This document shows positions 11,612-23,233 of a stretch of DNA of 64,000 nt, in pieces (positions within the stretch are counted from its first letter, which is position 1; every line of letters starts with the position of its first letter). The translations under genes were made by a program, and so were the position numbers. The notes beneath the pieces are model-generated. The model searched no databases. It was not told the origin of the DNA and was given only the letters and a program-made list of their open reading frames with translations. Source of the DNA: an uncultured Gammaproteobacteria bacterium (GTDB lineage: Bacteria > Pseudomonadota > Gammaproteobacteria > Methylococcales > Methylomonadaceae); NCBI GenBank assembly GCA_963814825.1, contig CAWFEF010000004.1:455556-519555 (forward strand). Reading direction: 5' to 3'.

Positions 11612-13107
11612 ATGTCGCTTTGCTCAAAATATATTCCGATTATTCTTGTTCTCCTTTTTCCTTCCTTATCAATGGCGGCCGCTGAAGCAGGCCCTATTAG
11701 CCAAGTACAACCATTGGATTTGACTCAGCATTGGGCTGGTTATTTGGCTTTGACGGTTTTTGCTGTCGCCTACATTCTTGCCATGACCGAGGAAGTGACT
11801 GAGTTAAAAAAATCCAAGCCGATGGTGTTTGCGGCAAGCCTTATCTGGATATTTATTGCCGCTTTTTATACCAAGGCCGGGATGAGCGAACAAGCCGGAG
11901 TCGCTTTCCGCGCTACGCTTGAAAGTTATGGCGAACTGTTTTTGTTCATCATGGTCTCGATGACTTACTTAAATGCGATGGAAGACCGGGGCGTATTTGA
12001 CAGCCTGCGGGTCTGGCTATTGAGTAAGAATTTCAGCTATCGGCAATTATTCTGGATTACCGGCTTCCAGGCGTTCTTTATCTCGTCCGGCTGCAACAAT
12101 CTCACTACCGCCTTGCTGATGGGTTCGGTTATTCTGGCTATGGGTAAAGAATTGTCCTCGCTTTGTTACCTTATCCAGTATCAATGTTGTGGTAGCTTCT
12201 AATGCAGGCGGTTCATTCAGCCCCTTCGGCGACATCACCACGTTGCTGGTCTGGCAAAAAGGCGTCGTGCCGTTTGCCGACTTCTTTTCCCTGCTGATTC
12301 CGGCCATTGTCAACTTCGCAATACCTGCCGCGATCATGCATTTCTTTATTCCGCAAGAAAGACCGGCGGCGGTAATGGAAGCTCAAGCTATGAAGCGGGG
12401 CGGCTGGATAATCATCTTTTTGTTCGTATTGACCATTATTACGTCGGCTTGCTTTGAAAACTTCCTGAGCCTGCCGCCCGCTGCCGGGATGATGATGGGT
12501 TTGACCTATTTGAAGTTTTTCAGTTATTACCTGCAAAAAACCCGCGATTCCCACTCTGTATTAATTCCCGTGGATTTGACCGATACCAAAATCGATCATT
12601 TTGCGCCCGATGAAATACATGAACAATCCGCAAGCAGGGGGAAATCAACAAATGACCAAGGAACTGCCTTTTGATATTTTCCAGAAAGTCGCCAATCTTG
12701 AATGGGACACCTTACTGTTTTTTTACGGCGTAATGGTAGGTGTCGGAGGTTTGAGTTTCATCGGCTATATGGAAGTGGCATCCCACCATCTTTACGGCAG
12801 CATCGAGCCTACAGTCGCCAACATTCTGGTGGGCATCGCCTCTGCGTTTGTGGATAATGGCACCATTATGTTGTCTGTACTGACTATGGCTCCTGATATT
12901 TCTCAAGGCCAGTGGTTGCTGGTCACATTGACCGCCGGTGTTGGCGGCAGCATGTTGGCGGTCGGTTCCGCAGCAGGCGTCGGCTTAATGGGACAAGCTA
13001 AAGGAATTTACACTTTCACCAGTCATCTGAAATGGACGCCGGTCATCGCGTTGGGTTACTTCGGCAGTATCGCCGTTCACTTTCTTATCAATGGTCGGTA
13101 TTTTTAG
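11612..13107 (+). CDS. nhaD: NhaD-type Na+/H+ antiporter (about 498 aa), interrupted by two frameshifts; pieces at 11612-12202, 12189-12674 and 12601-13107
   Basis: The product is a polytopic membrane protein with recognisable NhaD/ArsB-superfamily sequence in all three pieces, and the gene follows an AAGGA ribosome-binding site. Confidence 0.6.
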
Positions 13108-13184
13108 GTCCATCCTAAAATAGCTATAGAATGACATCCAGTTGATTCCTTGCTGATTTTTTTCACCTAATTCACATATTCACT

Positions 13185-15072
13185 ATGTCAACAAGCCCAC
13201 AGAGTCATTCCAAACAACAAGTCACAGTTTTGGCGTTAAGTGCAATCGGTGTCGTATTTGGCGATATTGGCACCAGTCCCTTGTACGCGGTTAAGGAAAT
13301 CTTCGGCAGTCATTTGCCGATTGATCGGCCCCATGTACTGGGCGTGCTATCGCTGGTTTTTTGGGCGTTAACCTTGGTTGTTGCAATCAAATACGCGACT
13401 TTTATTATGCGCGTTAACAACAAGGGTGAGGGCGGCATCATGGCGTTAATGACGTTTGCACTGCAAAGCGCTAACGGTAACCCGAAAAAAACACGCTTTA
13501 TCATCACCATCGGTTTGCTCGGCGCCGCCTTGTTTTACGGCGACGGCATTATCACCCCGGCAATTTCAGTATTAAGCGCGGTCGAAGGCTTGCAGATTAT
13601 TGCCCCTCCCTTGGCGAATTATGTTTTGCCGATTACTCTTGCGGTGCTTCTCGCGCTTTTTATTTTGCAGGCCAAAGGCACCGGAACCGTCGGGAAAATG
13701 TTTTCACCGATCATGTGTCTTTGGTTTGTCACGTTGGGCGGTCTTGGGGTCAATAATATTATTGATGCTCCCGGCGTATTGGCTGCGGTTAATCCCTATT
13801 ACGCTGTTCATTTATTGATCGAATTGGGATGGCACGGCTTTTTAATTATGGGGGCGGTGGTGTTGGCAATAACCGGCGCTGAAGCGCTTTATGCCGACAT
13901 GGGGCATTTCGGCCTGAAACCGATCCGTTACGCTTGGTTCAGCTTTGTTTTCCCTGCCTTGTTGCTCAACTATTTTGGGCAAGGCGCGTTGCTGCTTGAG
14001 CATCCTGAGGCGGTGAAAAACCCATTCTATTTGCTGGCCCCGACCTGGGCGATGTACCCGCTGTTAATTTTGGCGACAATGGCTTCCGTTATTGCCTCTC
14101 AGGCGGTCATATCCGGCGCGTTCTCGGTCACTAGGCAAGCGATACAACTTGGTTACTGCCCGCGCATGAATATTTTGCACACTTCGGGCCGGGAGGTCGG
14201 GCAGGTGTATATTCCTGCGATCAACTGGCTATTGATGACTTCGGTATTTGTCGTGGTCTTGAGCTTTCAATCGTCCTCGGCGCTCGCTTCGGCTTACGGC
14301 ATTGCCGTTACCGGTACCATGATTGTCGATACTATTTTGGTGTTTATTGTCATTCAGGAGCTTTGGCAGTGGAAAAAGTCGGCCGGTATCGCCTTTTTGA
14401 CCACATTTCTAACCGTGGATTTTTTGTTTCTTTCCTCTAACAGTTTAAAAATACCGACCGGCGGCTGGTTGCCTTTGGTTATCGGATTTGTGTTGTTCTT
14501 GATGATGACCACCTGGATTCAAGGTCGTGCCTTGCTGGCGGACTACATGGATGAGAGGCGTATGCTGTTTGAGGATCTGGAAGATAAGATCATCAGTCAT
14601 CAGGCAGTTATAGCTAAAGGTTCGGCCATTTATCTAGCTAAAAGCCTACATGGCGTACCCCAGGTGTTTTTGCACAATTTCGAGCATAACCATGTGCTGC
14701 ATGAACAAATCGTTGTTTTAACCATCGTCACTAAGGATGAGCCATACGTTGATGTGGCTCACCGGAGTCAAGATTCGTTCATTTGGCAAGGACAGCAATT
14801 TTCACCGGGTTAAGCTTTACTATGGCTTCCAGCAAAGTCCTGATGTGCGGCAAGCTTTGGAGCAGTGCGCCCAGGAAGGGTTAAACATCGATTTCAAGCA
14901 GACATCGTTTTTTATCGGTAGTGAGCGGCTGTCTTTTAGGAAAAAGAGTCCAATGTCTAAATGGCGCAGGCCCTTATTCAGGTTTTTATTCCACAATGCA
15001 TCAAGCGCGATAGACTTTTTTAAGATCCCTGTCGAGCGCGTCATTGAGCTGGGCATCCGCATCGAGCTTTAG
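13185..15072 (+). CDS. kup: Kup/HAK/KT potassium uptake protein (about 629 aa) with a frameshift near the 3' end (13185-14813 plus 14737-15072)
   Basis: The N-terminus reads LALSAIGVVFGDIGTSPLYAVKEIF, and the C-terminal cytoplasmic domain continues in the next frame. Confidence 0.8.
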
Positions 15073-15163
15073 CGGCTAAATGGGCGCTAATCCATCTAGC
15101 TGTCGGAAGCTGTACAGGGCCGATGGGCCGGGCAGCTCAGATCTCTAACATGAAATCTTTGTT

Positions 15164-15679
15164 TTAAATCGCTACTGCGTTCAAATTCTCGTCTTCATAC
15201 AAACGTAGTTTCTTCCAGCCGGTGAATTTGCTGTCATAAAATTCAAGGTCATTATCAATTGAATGCTCATAGCAGCTTCTGAACAGCTTGGCGGTGCGAA
15301 ATGCATGCAACTCGTCATCTGCCGTTACTTTATCGACATTGCCGACCTGAAAGGTTTTATTCCTGGATTTGCCGTTACTGACCCAAAAAACGGTATAGCA
15401 AAGATAGCTTTTATCTTTACGATGATCATACTTGATGGTTCTGGATACGCCTGTGACGCCTGTGGTGGTTTTGTTTTTGGGCGGCTTAAGGAACCGTGTC
15501 TTGCTGCCTTTTAAAACGGTCAGCATTTGGTCGCGCCAAGTAATGGCGGCTTTCAGGGACTTGCCTTTGTTGCCCCACAATTTATGTGAAAAATAACGAC
15601 TGCTTTCTTTGCCGCGTCTTACGATGCGGACTTGGTAGCCGAACACATCGGGCTCGGTAATATGTTTGTCTTTTGCCAT
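15164..15679 (-). CDS. Hypothetical DNA-binding protein with two AP2/ERF-like domains
   Basis: Two AP2-like blocks are present (GYQVRIVRRGKESSRYFSHKLWG and GVTGVSRTIKYDHRKDKSYLCYTVFWVSNGKSRNKTFQVGNVDKVTADDELHAFRTAK). The gene sits in an AT-rich islet between kup and ahpC. Confidence 0.45.
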   Translation of the reverse strand: MAKDKHITEPDVFGYQVRIVRRGKESSRYFSHKLWGNKGKSLKAAITWRDQMLTVLKGSKTRFLKPPKNKTTTGVTGVSRTIKYDHRKDKSYLCYTVFWVSNGKSRNKTFQVGNVDKVTADDELHAFRTAKLFRSCYEHSIDNDLEFYDSKFTGWKKLRLYEDENLNAVAI

Positions 15680-15953
15680 GATAGAACCCCATCAAACGGA
15701 TTAACTAAATGAATTTAACAGCTAAGTTAGGGCGACGTGTCTTTAAGAAAGACCTGGGTAGAGTAATTCCCCGACAGTATTGTAAGCTATTAATGACAAA
15801 TTATGGCTCAAATTAAAATTAAAGCAAGCTAAAAATCAGAACAATTCTCCAATTCCCGACTAACCTAGTGTACAATTCCAGTTATCCACTGCTTCGGTGG
15901 CCAACAACAAGTTAACAGTCTTTTGTTTTTTCACTATTTATTGGAGATAATCA

Positions 15954-16559
15954 ATGAGCGTATTAGTCGGTAAACAAGCACCTGATTTTACAGTTCCCGC
16001 CGTTCTTGGCGATGGTCAGATAGTTGATTCATTTAGTTTTTCTGAGGCTACTAGCGGCAAATATGCGGTAGTTTTTTTCTACCCGTTGGATTTCACCTTT
16101 GTTTGTCCAAGTGAATTGATTGCTTTGGATCATCGTATCGATGAATTCAAAAGCCGTAATGTAGAAGTGATTGCGGTGTCTGTAGACTCTCATTTCACCC
16201 ATAATGCATGGCGTAATACTCCTGTTAATAAAGGCGGTATCGGTCCTGTTCGTTACACAATGGCTGCTGACATATCCCACGCTATTTGCAAAGATTACGA
16301 TGTTGAAGTGGAGGGTGCTGCCGTGGCTTACCGTGGCTCTTTCCTGATCGATCGCTCAGGCAAAGTCCGTCATCAGGTTGTTAACGATCTGCCTTTAGGT
16401 CGCAATATGGATGAAATGCTGCGTATGATTGATGCCTTACAATTCCACGAAGAGCATGGCGAAGTATGTCCAGCAGGCTGGCATAAAGGCGATGCAGGTA
16501 TGAACGCAAGCCCTGCCGGTGTTGCGGAATATCTGGATAAAAATGCTGATAAGCTGTAA
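15954..16559 (+). CDS. ahpC: Peroxiredoxin (AhpC/Prx1-type 2-Cys)
   Basis: The peroxidatic motif FFYPLDFTFVCPSEL and the resolving motif EVCPAGW are both present, and the gene follows a GGAGA ribosome-binding site. Confidence 0.85.
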   Translation: MSVLVGKQAPDFTVPAVLGDGQIVDSFSFSEATSGKYAVVFFYPLDFTFVCPSELIALDHRIDEFKSRNVEVIAVSVDSHFTHNAWRNTPVNKGGIGPVRYTMAADISHAICKDYDVEVEGAAVAYRGSFLIDRSGKVRHQVVNDLPLGRNMDEMLRMIDALQFHEEHGEVCPAGWHKGDAGMNASPAGVAEYLDKNADKL

Positions 16560-16608
16560 GTAACAGCGGATTATGGCGCCGGCCTAAAACCGGCCAGCAC
16601 AATAAAAA

Positions 16609-16641
16609 AGGCTTGGACATTGAGTGTCTAAGCCTTTTTTA
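16609..16641 (+). terminator. Rho-independent terminator; the hairpin could also terminate the convergent minus-strand gene
   Basis: The hairpin AGGCTTGGACAttgagTGTCTAAGCCT is followed by TTTTTTATT. Confidence 0.6.
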
Positions 16642-16665
16642 TTGCCGGGAAGTGTGATTGAATCG

Positions 16666-17452
16666 CTATTCCGGTTTGCTCTGTGCGACATCTTGCGGTT
16701 CATCCAGAAACTTCCGGTAATTGATTGAAACCTTAAGTCCCGCAAAACGGCCGGCCATTCTAACCAGTTCCTGAGTCTTTTTATCGAAGGTGATTTTAAC
16801 TTCGTTCAAGGCGCGATCTTCATAACCTTCTTCTATATGATGGGTTTCCAGCAGGAAACGGTAAATATAGATTTCCTGTTCCGGCTCATCTTTGATTTCA
16901 AACGGTTCGCCCAGTTGCGCCAGAACGGCCGGTTTTTTGGGTAAATCGTCGGAAATTTTTTCCAGCAATGCCGAGTTGGCTTTGAGTTGCTGTTTTTCTT
17001 TGTCGATTTCAGCGCCGCCTATCGAGCGTAATGAAACTTCTAAAAACTTGGGCGGGGCAATTGCAAGAAACAAGTGAGGAAAACGACCAGGCAATCAGGC
17101 GGTTTTCTTTGTTAAAATTCAAATCCGAATAAAACTTCACCTCCGGCTTGATCAGTTTATTGTTGCCGTCAACTTTCCGAAACCAGTACCGCCAGCGTCT
17201 GCCTTCAGCCGTAGGGTCATCCTGGCTGGCATAAAGCTTGGATAGGGAGACAAAATCCTGGCTGAAAAGAATGGGGTCTTTAAAGTGCAAGGTAAATTCG
17301 TTATTGGTCTCGACGGAAAAGTGGCGATCGAATTCATCCATTTGCAGGTAGACTTGGTAAGCCCGAATCCAGTACATGCAACCGGATAATGAACAGGCCA
17401 CTGCCAGCAAAAAAACAATGCGAAGACTTCGTTTAATGATTCCGGTTTTCAT
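16666..17452 (-). CDS. Hypothetical lipoprotein, frameshifted (17009-17452 plus 16666-17094)
   Basis: It has a lipobox signal (MKTGIIKRSLRIVFLLAVACSLSGC), and the product continues in the second frame. Confidence 0.4.
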
Positions 17453-17463
17453 GGGATTGTTTA

Positions 17464-18337
17464 TTAATGCAGTGTTTCGGAGTCGTCGGTAACGGTGTTT
17501 TTCTGAGACAGGATATTTTCCACATCGACTTTATCAAAGCGGTATTGTTCACTACAGAATTCGCAGTTTACTTCAATAATGCCCCGTTCCTTTAAAATAT
17601 CTTCCAGTTCAGTCCGTCCCATCGCGAATAAGGTTCTCTCGATGTTTGACCGGGAACAGGCGCAGCCGAATTCGACCGGCTCTGCGTCAAATAGCCTGAC
17701 TTTTTCCTGGTTGAACAATCGATACAGCAGCTGTTCGCAATCCAGTTCGAACAGTTCCTGCTCGGTTACCGTGTTGGCCAGTATCTCGATATGCTCCCAA
17801 TCGGCCTGATAATTTTCCTGTGCAGGCAGCTCCTGCAATAATAATCCTACGGCATGGGTGGCATTGGCAAATAGCCACAAGCGGGTCTTGAGCTGCTCGG
17901 ATTGCTCAAAATAAGTTTGCAAGACGGCGGCCAAATTGCTGCCTTGAAGTGGAACGATGCCCTGATAAGGATGGCCGTTTTCGGATTCGATGGTTAACAC
18001 CAATCGCCCATGGCCGAACATGGCTTCTAATGGGCCAGGCGTTTATGTTTTCCTTGCCTCTGACCAGGCCTCTTATTTTTCGCTGATCCGTTGCCTGGGC
18101 AACCAGCGTTTTAATGTCGCCGTCGCCTTGGGCCTGAAGGATCATCGAGCCTTTAAACTTGACCGTAGCCGAGAGCATGACCACGGCGGCCAGCGCTTGC
18201 CCCAGTTGCTGCTGCACGCTTTCAGAACCGCGCTGATGAAGTTTTGCCGCCTGCCAGCTGGTGGTCAATTTGACCCATTCCCCGCGAACACCCAGCTCTT
18301 CAAATAAAAAACGGCGTAATAAATCTTGCTCTATCAT
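17464..18337 (-). CDS. hslO: Hsp33 redox-regulated chaperone (about 291 aa) with one frameshift (17906-18337 plus 17464-18021)
   Basis: The C-terminal zinc centre CxC...CxxC (FGCACSRS...NCEFCSEQY) is present and the N-terminal Hsp33 domain lies in the other frame. Confidence 0.8.
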
Positions 18338-18423
18338 GTTTTTCCAGTTAAAAGTCGTGCATTTTATGACATTAGGATCATCGATATCCTTGTCCCAACC
18401 GTTCTATAAAAATACCACAGGCC

Positions 18424-19063
18424 ATGATTTTTTCATCAAAAAAACTTATCTTACCTGATCCCAAAGATGCTTTGCCCGGCCGAACCACGCCCATGCCGGT
18501 TACCAACAGGCATTTTGTAACACGGCAACCCGATAGTTCCGCCGTTTCCGGAAACTATGGCGCAGGCATTGTTTGGCATGGGCTGCTTTTGGGGGGCGGA
18601 GCGGAAATTCTGGCAATGTCGCCGGGGTGTTCAGTACGGCAGTTGGATATACCGGCGGCTACACGCCCAATCCGACGTATGAGGAAGTTCTGTACCGGCT
18701 TGACCGGTCATAGTGAGGTTGTCAAAGTGATTTATGATCCGGCTATTGTTTCGTACGGCGAGTTACTCCGGATTTTTTGGGAATCCCACAATCCCACGCA
18801 GGGCATGAGGCAAGGCAATGACATCGGCACGCAATATCAGATCCGGGATTTATACCTATACTCGGCAACAATTCGATGAAGCGCTGGCATCAAAACAACG
18901 TTACCAGGAACAACTGACTCAAGCAGGTTTTAACCAAATAACCACCGAGATCATGTCGGCTGGCGAGTTTTATTATGCCGAGGATATGCATCAGCAATAT
19001 CTGGCAAAGAATCCTATGGGTTACTGCGGTTTAGGCGGCCTGGATGTGGCTGTTGATAGGTGA
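18424..19063 (+). CDS. msrA: Peptide methionine sulfoxide reductase MsrA (about 213 aa) with at least two frameshifts
   Basis: The motifs [33 protein letters not shown] and SGIYTY...[13 protein letters not shown] are present. The N-terminal GCFWG region is out of frame. Confidence 0.7.
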
Positions 19064-19082
19064 ATAGATTTCAGAAGACAAA

Positions 19083-19110
19083 AAAAAGGCGGTTTAAAAA
19101 AACCGCCTTG
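19083..19110 (+). terminator. Rho-independent terminator
   Basis: The hairpin AAGGCGGTTtaaaaaAACCGCCTT lies within an A/T-rich run. Confidence 0.55.
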
Positions 19111-19330
19111 GAATATATTTAGGAAGAATATAACGCAACTTTTCAGCTATGGAGCTCTACAAGAGCTTTAAAAGTTAGGTTAATAATACCAATAACTATT
19201 GCAATATAAAATGTGACATATTGTCGCAGTTTAATTTTTGTTTAATTTATAATTAAAATTCCGATAATGTACTTAAACGCACTAAAGTTTCAAGATTAGG
19301 ATATTTCTACAATAACTATTATTTATAAAA

Positions 19331-20713
19331 ATGCTCTCATACGCCTCACATAGATCAGAATTCTCTGCCCGGCAAAACCTTAAGTGGCTGTTTATTCTAA
19401 GAAATTTGATGATACTCAGCGAGATTATACTGATTGTTTTATCGGTGTACGGTCTTAATATCCGTTTGCCGGAGCAGCCGCTTTGGTTGGTGATATTGTC
19501 GATAATCGCCGTTAATATTTATACCTCAATGCGCTTGCAGACAGAAGATCCGGTTACGGAGCTGGAAATTTTTTCCCAGTTAGTTATTGATGTTTTTGCT
19601 ATTGCGGCATTACTGTATTTGACTGGAGGCGCATCAAATCCTATTACCTGGGTATTTTTGTTGCCGCTGATTATTACAGCCATTATGCTGCATCAATCCT
19701 ATGCTTGGTATATGGTGATTTTAACCACGTCCATGTATACGGCGTTAATGGCCTACAATGTCCCGCTGCCGTCGATAGAGCCTCATATACCTAATCCGGA
19801 AATGCAGTATTCCGATGCAAAGAATTATCAGCTGTTGCAGCAGGTTCACGCGATGAGCGACACTCATTACTTTAATCTGCATATTTTCGGCATGTGGTTC
19901 GGTTTTGTATTTAGTGCCGGCTTGGTCGCATTCTTTGTGGTTGAGCTGGCTAAAACGCTCAAAGCTCAGGAGCGAAATCTGGCTGAAGCCCGAGAAAATG
20001 CGTTAAGGGATGAGCGGGTTGTCGCATTGGGCACTTTGGCGGCCAGTGCAGCTCACGATATGGGGACGCCATTAGGCACGATTGCAATTGTGACTCATGA
20101 GCTTGAGCAAGAGTACCCGGATCATCGCTTCCCAGATCTGCACGAGAAACTGCTGATCATGCAGCAACAGGTTGAACGCTGCAAAACAGCGTTATCGGTG
20201 ATGTCAGCCTCTGCGGGTGAAATGCGCGCAGAGTCCGGTAGAGCTATGCTGCTGACTGATTACCTTGATGAAGTCATCAAGCAGTGGCGCACTCACAAAC
20301 CAACGGCAAAGCTATCTTTTTTTATTGATGCTGAAGTCGCAACGTCGGCAAAAATCGTAGCCGAGCTGACGCTGACTCATTCAATTATTAATATTTTAAA
20401 TAATGCAGCTGAAGCATCGCCGCCGGAAAAGAGCATTGAGTTTTACGCATCCTGGGATTCAGATTACGTTGTTATTAAAATCAGGGATTTTGGTCACGGG
20501 TTTCCGCTGGAATTGATCGATTTTGCCGGTAAGCAGCCCGTTATCAGCAAAAAACGGGGTCTAGGTGTGGGTTTATTGTTAGCTTATTCCACGATTAATC
20601 GTCTGGGCGGTAAAATTAATCTTTACAACAACGACACGGGCGGAGCCTGCGTGGAAATCACCCTACCCCTTTTAAAGGCAGAGAATAATAATGACAACTC
20701 AGGATATGGATAA
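19331..20713 (+). CDS. regB: RegB/PrrB-type redox-responsive sensor histidine kinase
   Basis: Six N-terminal transmembrane helices are followed by the H-box AASAAHDMGTPLGTI and a HATPase region (NAAEAS...DFGHGFP). Confidence 0.75.
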   Translation: MLSYASHRSEFSARQNLKWLFILRNLMILSEIILIVLSVYGLNIRLPEQPLWLVILSIIAVNIYTSMRLQTEDPVTELEIFSQLVIDVFAIAALLYLTGGASNPITWVFLLPLIITAIMLHQSYAWYMVILTTSMYTALMAYNVPLPSIEPHIPNPEMQYSDAKNYQLLQQVHAMSDTHYFNLHIFGMWFGFVFSAGLVAFFVVELAKTLKAQERNLAEARENALRDERVVALGTLAASAAHDMGTPLGTIAIVTHELEQEYPDHRFPDLHEKLLIMQQQVERCKTALSVMSASAGEMRAESGRAMLLTDYLDEVIKQWRTHKPTAKLSFFIDAEVATSAKIVAELTLTHSIINILNNAAEASPPEKSIEFYASWDSDYVVIKIRDFGHGFPLELIDFAGKQPVISKKRGLGVGLLLAYSTINRLGGKINLYNNDTGGACVEITLPLLKAENNNDNSGYG

Positions 20714-21239
20714 ACCACGGCTGTTGCTGGTGGATGATGATGAGACTTTCTGCAAGGTACTAAAAAGTGCCTTAGAAAAAAGAAATTATGAGGTACTGGT
20801 CGCTAACGATGTCAGAACGGGAATATCGCTGGCTGAACAGTATTTGCCCGAATATGCGGTCATTGATTTGCGTATCGGACATGAGTCCGGCCTGGAGCTG
20901 GTGAAAAAACTGATCTCATTGGACGACAATACCACGTGTGTGATGTTAACCGGGTTTGCCAGCATTGCCACCGCGGTTGAAGCTATAAAATTGGGCGCCA
21001 CGCATTATTTAACCAAACCGGCCAATGCGGACGAAATTGTCAACGCCCTGCATAAGAACGAAGGCGACTCATCGGTCTCGATCAGCGAAAATCCGCTGTC
21101 GGTAAAACGCCTGGAATGGGAGCATTTACAAAAAGTGCTGATGCAGCACGACGGCAATATTTCGGCCGCTGCCAGGGCGTTAAATATGCACAGGCGCACG
21201 TTGCAAAGAAAGCTCGATAAGAAGCCGGTCAAAGAGTAG
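20691..21239 (+). CDS. regA: RegA/PrrA/ActR-type response regulator with a receiver domain and a Fis-type HTH
   Basis: The receiver carries LLLVDDDETF, and the C-terminus reads LEWEHLQKVLMQHDGNISAAARALNMHRRTLQRKL. The gene overlaps regB by 23 bp. Confidence 0.8.
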   Translation: MTTQDMDKPRLLLVDDDETFCKVLKSALEKRNYEVLVANDVRTGISLAEQYLPEYAVIDLRIGHESGLELVKKLISLDDNTTCVMLTGFASIATAVEAIKLGATHYLTKPANADEIVNALHKNEGDSSVSISENPLSVKRLEWEHLQKVLMQHDGNISAAARALNMHRRTLQRKLDKKPVKE

Positions 21240-21510
21240 TCATAAAAAATCAGATGGTTTCGCATTCGGTTTTTTAGTTGTCGCAACAAGCATGAATCGT
21301 TCTGATTTCGACAACTTGATTTCAGTCCGCTATGGCCCGGTTGCCAACAATTTACTAGCAACAATATGTTTATGTCTCTCATCAGGCTTATGAAATGTCG
21401 GCATTAATTTTTGTTGGGGCATCTTGTTGTTTTTCAATGAATATCAAGCCTTTTTAGGTTGTGGATTTCGGTGCGGTTGATGTTTTTTTTATTTATAGTT
21501 TTGACACAAC

Positions 21511-21544
21511 GCGGTATCTCATGATAAAAAGTACCCTGTCGTTT
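21511..21544 (+). promoter_or_regulatory. Possible sigma-70 promoter (TTGACA-N16-GATAAA) for the small ORF at 21647
   Basis: The spacing of the two elements was read directly from the sequence; the -10 element is weak. Confidence 0.2.
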
Positions 21545-21646
21545 ATTACTTAATTCGACAAGCAGCTCAGTAAAGTAATTTAGCTGAGTGGCCCCTTTGA
21601 GGAAAGGGAATAAAACAATATAATATAAACTCTCGAGGATTTTAAA

Positions 21647-21838
21647 ATGGCTGAAGAACAAGAAAAAGATAACACATGGTTGATTGCTGGTGTTGCTATT
21701 GCTGCTGTTATTGTTTTAGTTGTACTGTTAAAACAAGACGAAACTAAGCATTTACAAAGTGGTGCTGTTGCGGCAAGTAATGCTGAAATCGACGCAAAAT
21801 TATCTACAAAGAAAACCAGCAACAAAACTGCTCAATAA
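21647..21838 (+). CDS. Small single-pass membrane protein (63 aa), hypothetical
   Basis: It has a GAGGA ribosome-binding site 8 nt upstream and a hydrophobic helix (WLIAGVAIAAVIVLVVLL), and it is followed by a hairpin plus T-run. Confidence 0.4.
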   Translation: MAEEQEKDNTWLIAGVAIAAVIVLVVLLKQDETKHLQSGAVAASNAEIDAKLSTKKTSNKTAQ

Positions 21839-21861
21839 AAGCTGTAAAAAGTAGTCAATTG

Positions 21862-21895
21862 AAAAATACCTCCCGTCTCGCGGGGGGTATTTTTC
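21862..21895 (+). terminator. Putative terminator
   Basis: The hairpin CCCGtctcGCGGGG is followed by GGTATTTTTCTT. Confidence 0.4.
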
Positions 21896-22028
21896 TTATC
21901 TCACTGTAGCTTCAACTCAATACTTTCTGCCATTGCCGAGTTGGCTAACTCGAATCGTTTAAATCGCTGCTGACAACAACTTCAATTCCCAAGTTTTGGA
22001 TATACCGCTCCCTCTCCTCTGAGTTTAG

Positions 22029-23069
22029 CTAGATGTCTGTTTCCAGCTGCTGGATTTTTTCTTCCAACATTTTTACCCTTTTCAATAGTTCCGGTAGTTT
22101 GCTGATGGCGATCTGCTCTTTGTAAGCCGTCTTCTTGTCTTTTGCCGGACTGCCGAAGACCTGCGTACCCGCTTTGACATCTCCTGCCACGCCAGAGCGC
22201 GCCATGACTACAGCGCCTTGACCAATCGTAACATGGTCGGCAATGCCCGAGCTTCCGGCCAGAATCGCATAGTCTTCAATGTTGCAGGAGCCTGATACGC
22301 CGGTTAAGCCGCACATGATGACATGTTTGCCGACTTTATTATTGTGTCCGATTTGTACCAGATTATCGATTTTGCTGCCCGCGCCTATTAAGGTGCTTCC
22401 CAGTGCGCCCCTGTCTATACAGGTGTTGGCGCCAATCTCGACATTGTCCTCGATAACCACATTGCCGACTTGAGGCACTTTGACGTGTTGATTATTTCTG
22501 AACTTATAACCGAAGCCGTCAGCGCCGATGATGGCTCCTGAATGAATAATGACATTGTCGCCCACGACCACGTCGTCATAAATAACGGCATAGGGATAAA
22601 TCTTGCAGTTTTTGCCTATCTTTACATTTTTGCCGATATAGGCGCCTGCGTGTATTTCGCTACCATCGCCTAGGCTAGCGTTTTCGCCAATGACGGCGTA
22701 AGGGCCGATATACAGTTCATTGCCTAACGTCACATTGGCTTCAAGCACTGCCTGCGGCGCAATTTGTCGGCCATAAGTCCTGGCGGGATGCAGCAATTCG
22801 ACCGCTTTGATAAAACTGAGTTCCGGGTCGGCGCAAATTAACAGCGCCATGCCTTCAGGTACATTGTCAACGCTGAAGCCTTCCGCAATAAAACAGGCGG
22901 ACGCTGTTGAATCCTTGATGTGCTGAGTATAGCGGCTGTTGGTCAGCTGCGTGACTTGGCCTTGGCGTGCAGAGGTAATATCTGCCGCTGAATGGATGGT
23001 TGCTGATGGATCGCCGCCTTCAATACGTGCACCACAAAAATCGGCAAGTTCTTTTAATGTAATCGACAT
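22029..23069 (-). CDS. lpxD: UDP-3-O-(3-hydroxyacyl)glucosamine N-acyltransferase LpxD
   Basis: Its hexapeptide-repeat left-handed beta-helix, the block GADGFGY...[26 protein letters not shown] and the C-terminal coiled-coil all align with E. coli LpxD. The start is taken as [11 protein letters not shown]. Confidence 0.8.
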   Translation of the reverse strand: MSITLKELADFCGARIEGGDPSATIHSAADITSARQGQVTQLTNSRYTQHIKDSTASACFIAEGFSVDNVPEGMALLICADPELSFIKAVELLHPARTYGRQIAPQAVLEANVTLGNELYIGPYAVIGENASLGDGSEIHAGAYIGKNVKIGKNCKIYPYAVIYDDVVVGDNVIIHSGAIIGADGFGYKFRNNQHVKVPQVGNVVIEDNVEIGANTCIDRGALGSTLIGAGSKIDNLVQIGHNNKVGKHVIMCGLTGVSGSCNIEDYAILAGSSGIADHVTIGQGAVVMARSGVAGDVKAGTQVFGSPAKDKKTAYKEQIAISKLPELLKRVKMLEEKIQQLETDI

Positions 23070-23233
23070 ATATGTCTCTGCTGTTATTTTGAATAGCGCC
23101 AAAACAGTCGGCACGTTGTTGAAAATTTAAGTTTAGTGTAACAAATCTAATAAACAACCACATTACCGCTGTTAAGTGGCTGACCGGAATGGTGAGGTTT
23201 TCAATGTAACCGATTTGATTTTGGTTTTCTGTT

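Noticed and set aside
21278-21289. The 12-bp perfect palindrome TTGTCGCAACAA 40 bp after regA, as a RegA/PrrA binding site
   Set aside because: It contains a GTCGC half-site reminiscent of reported RegA sites, but a single short palindrome with no second site is too weak to call.
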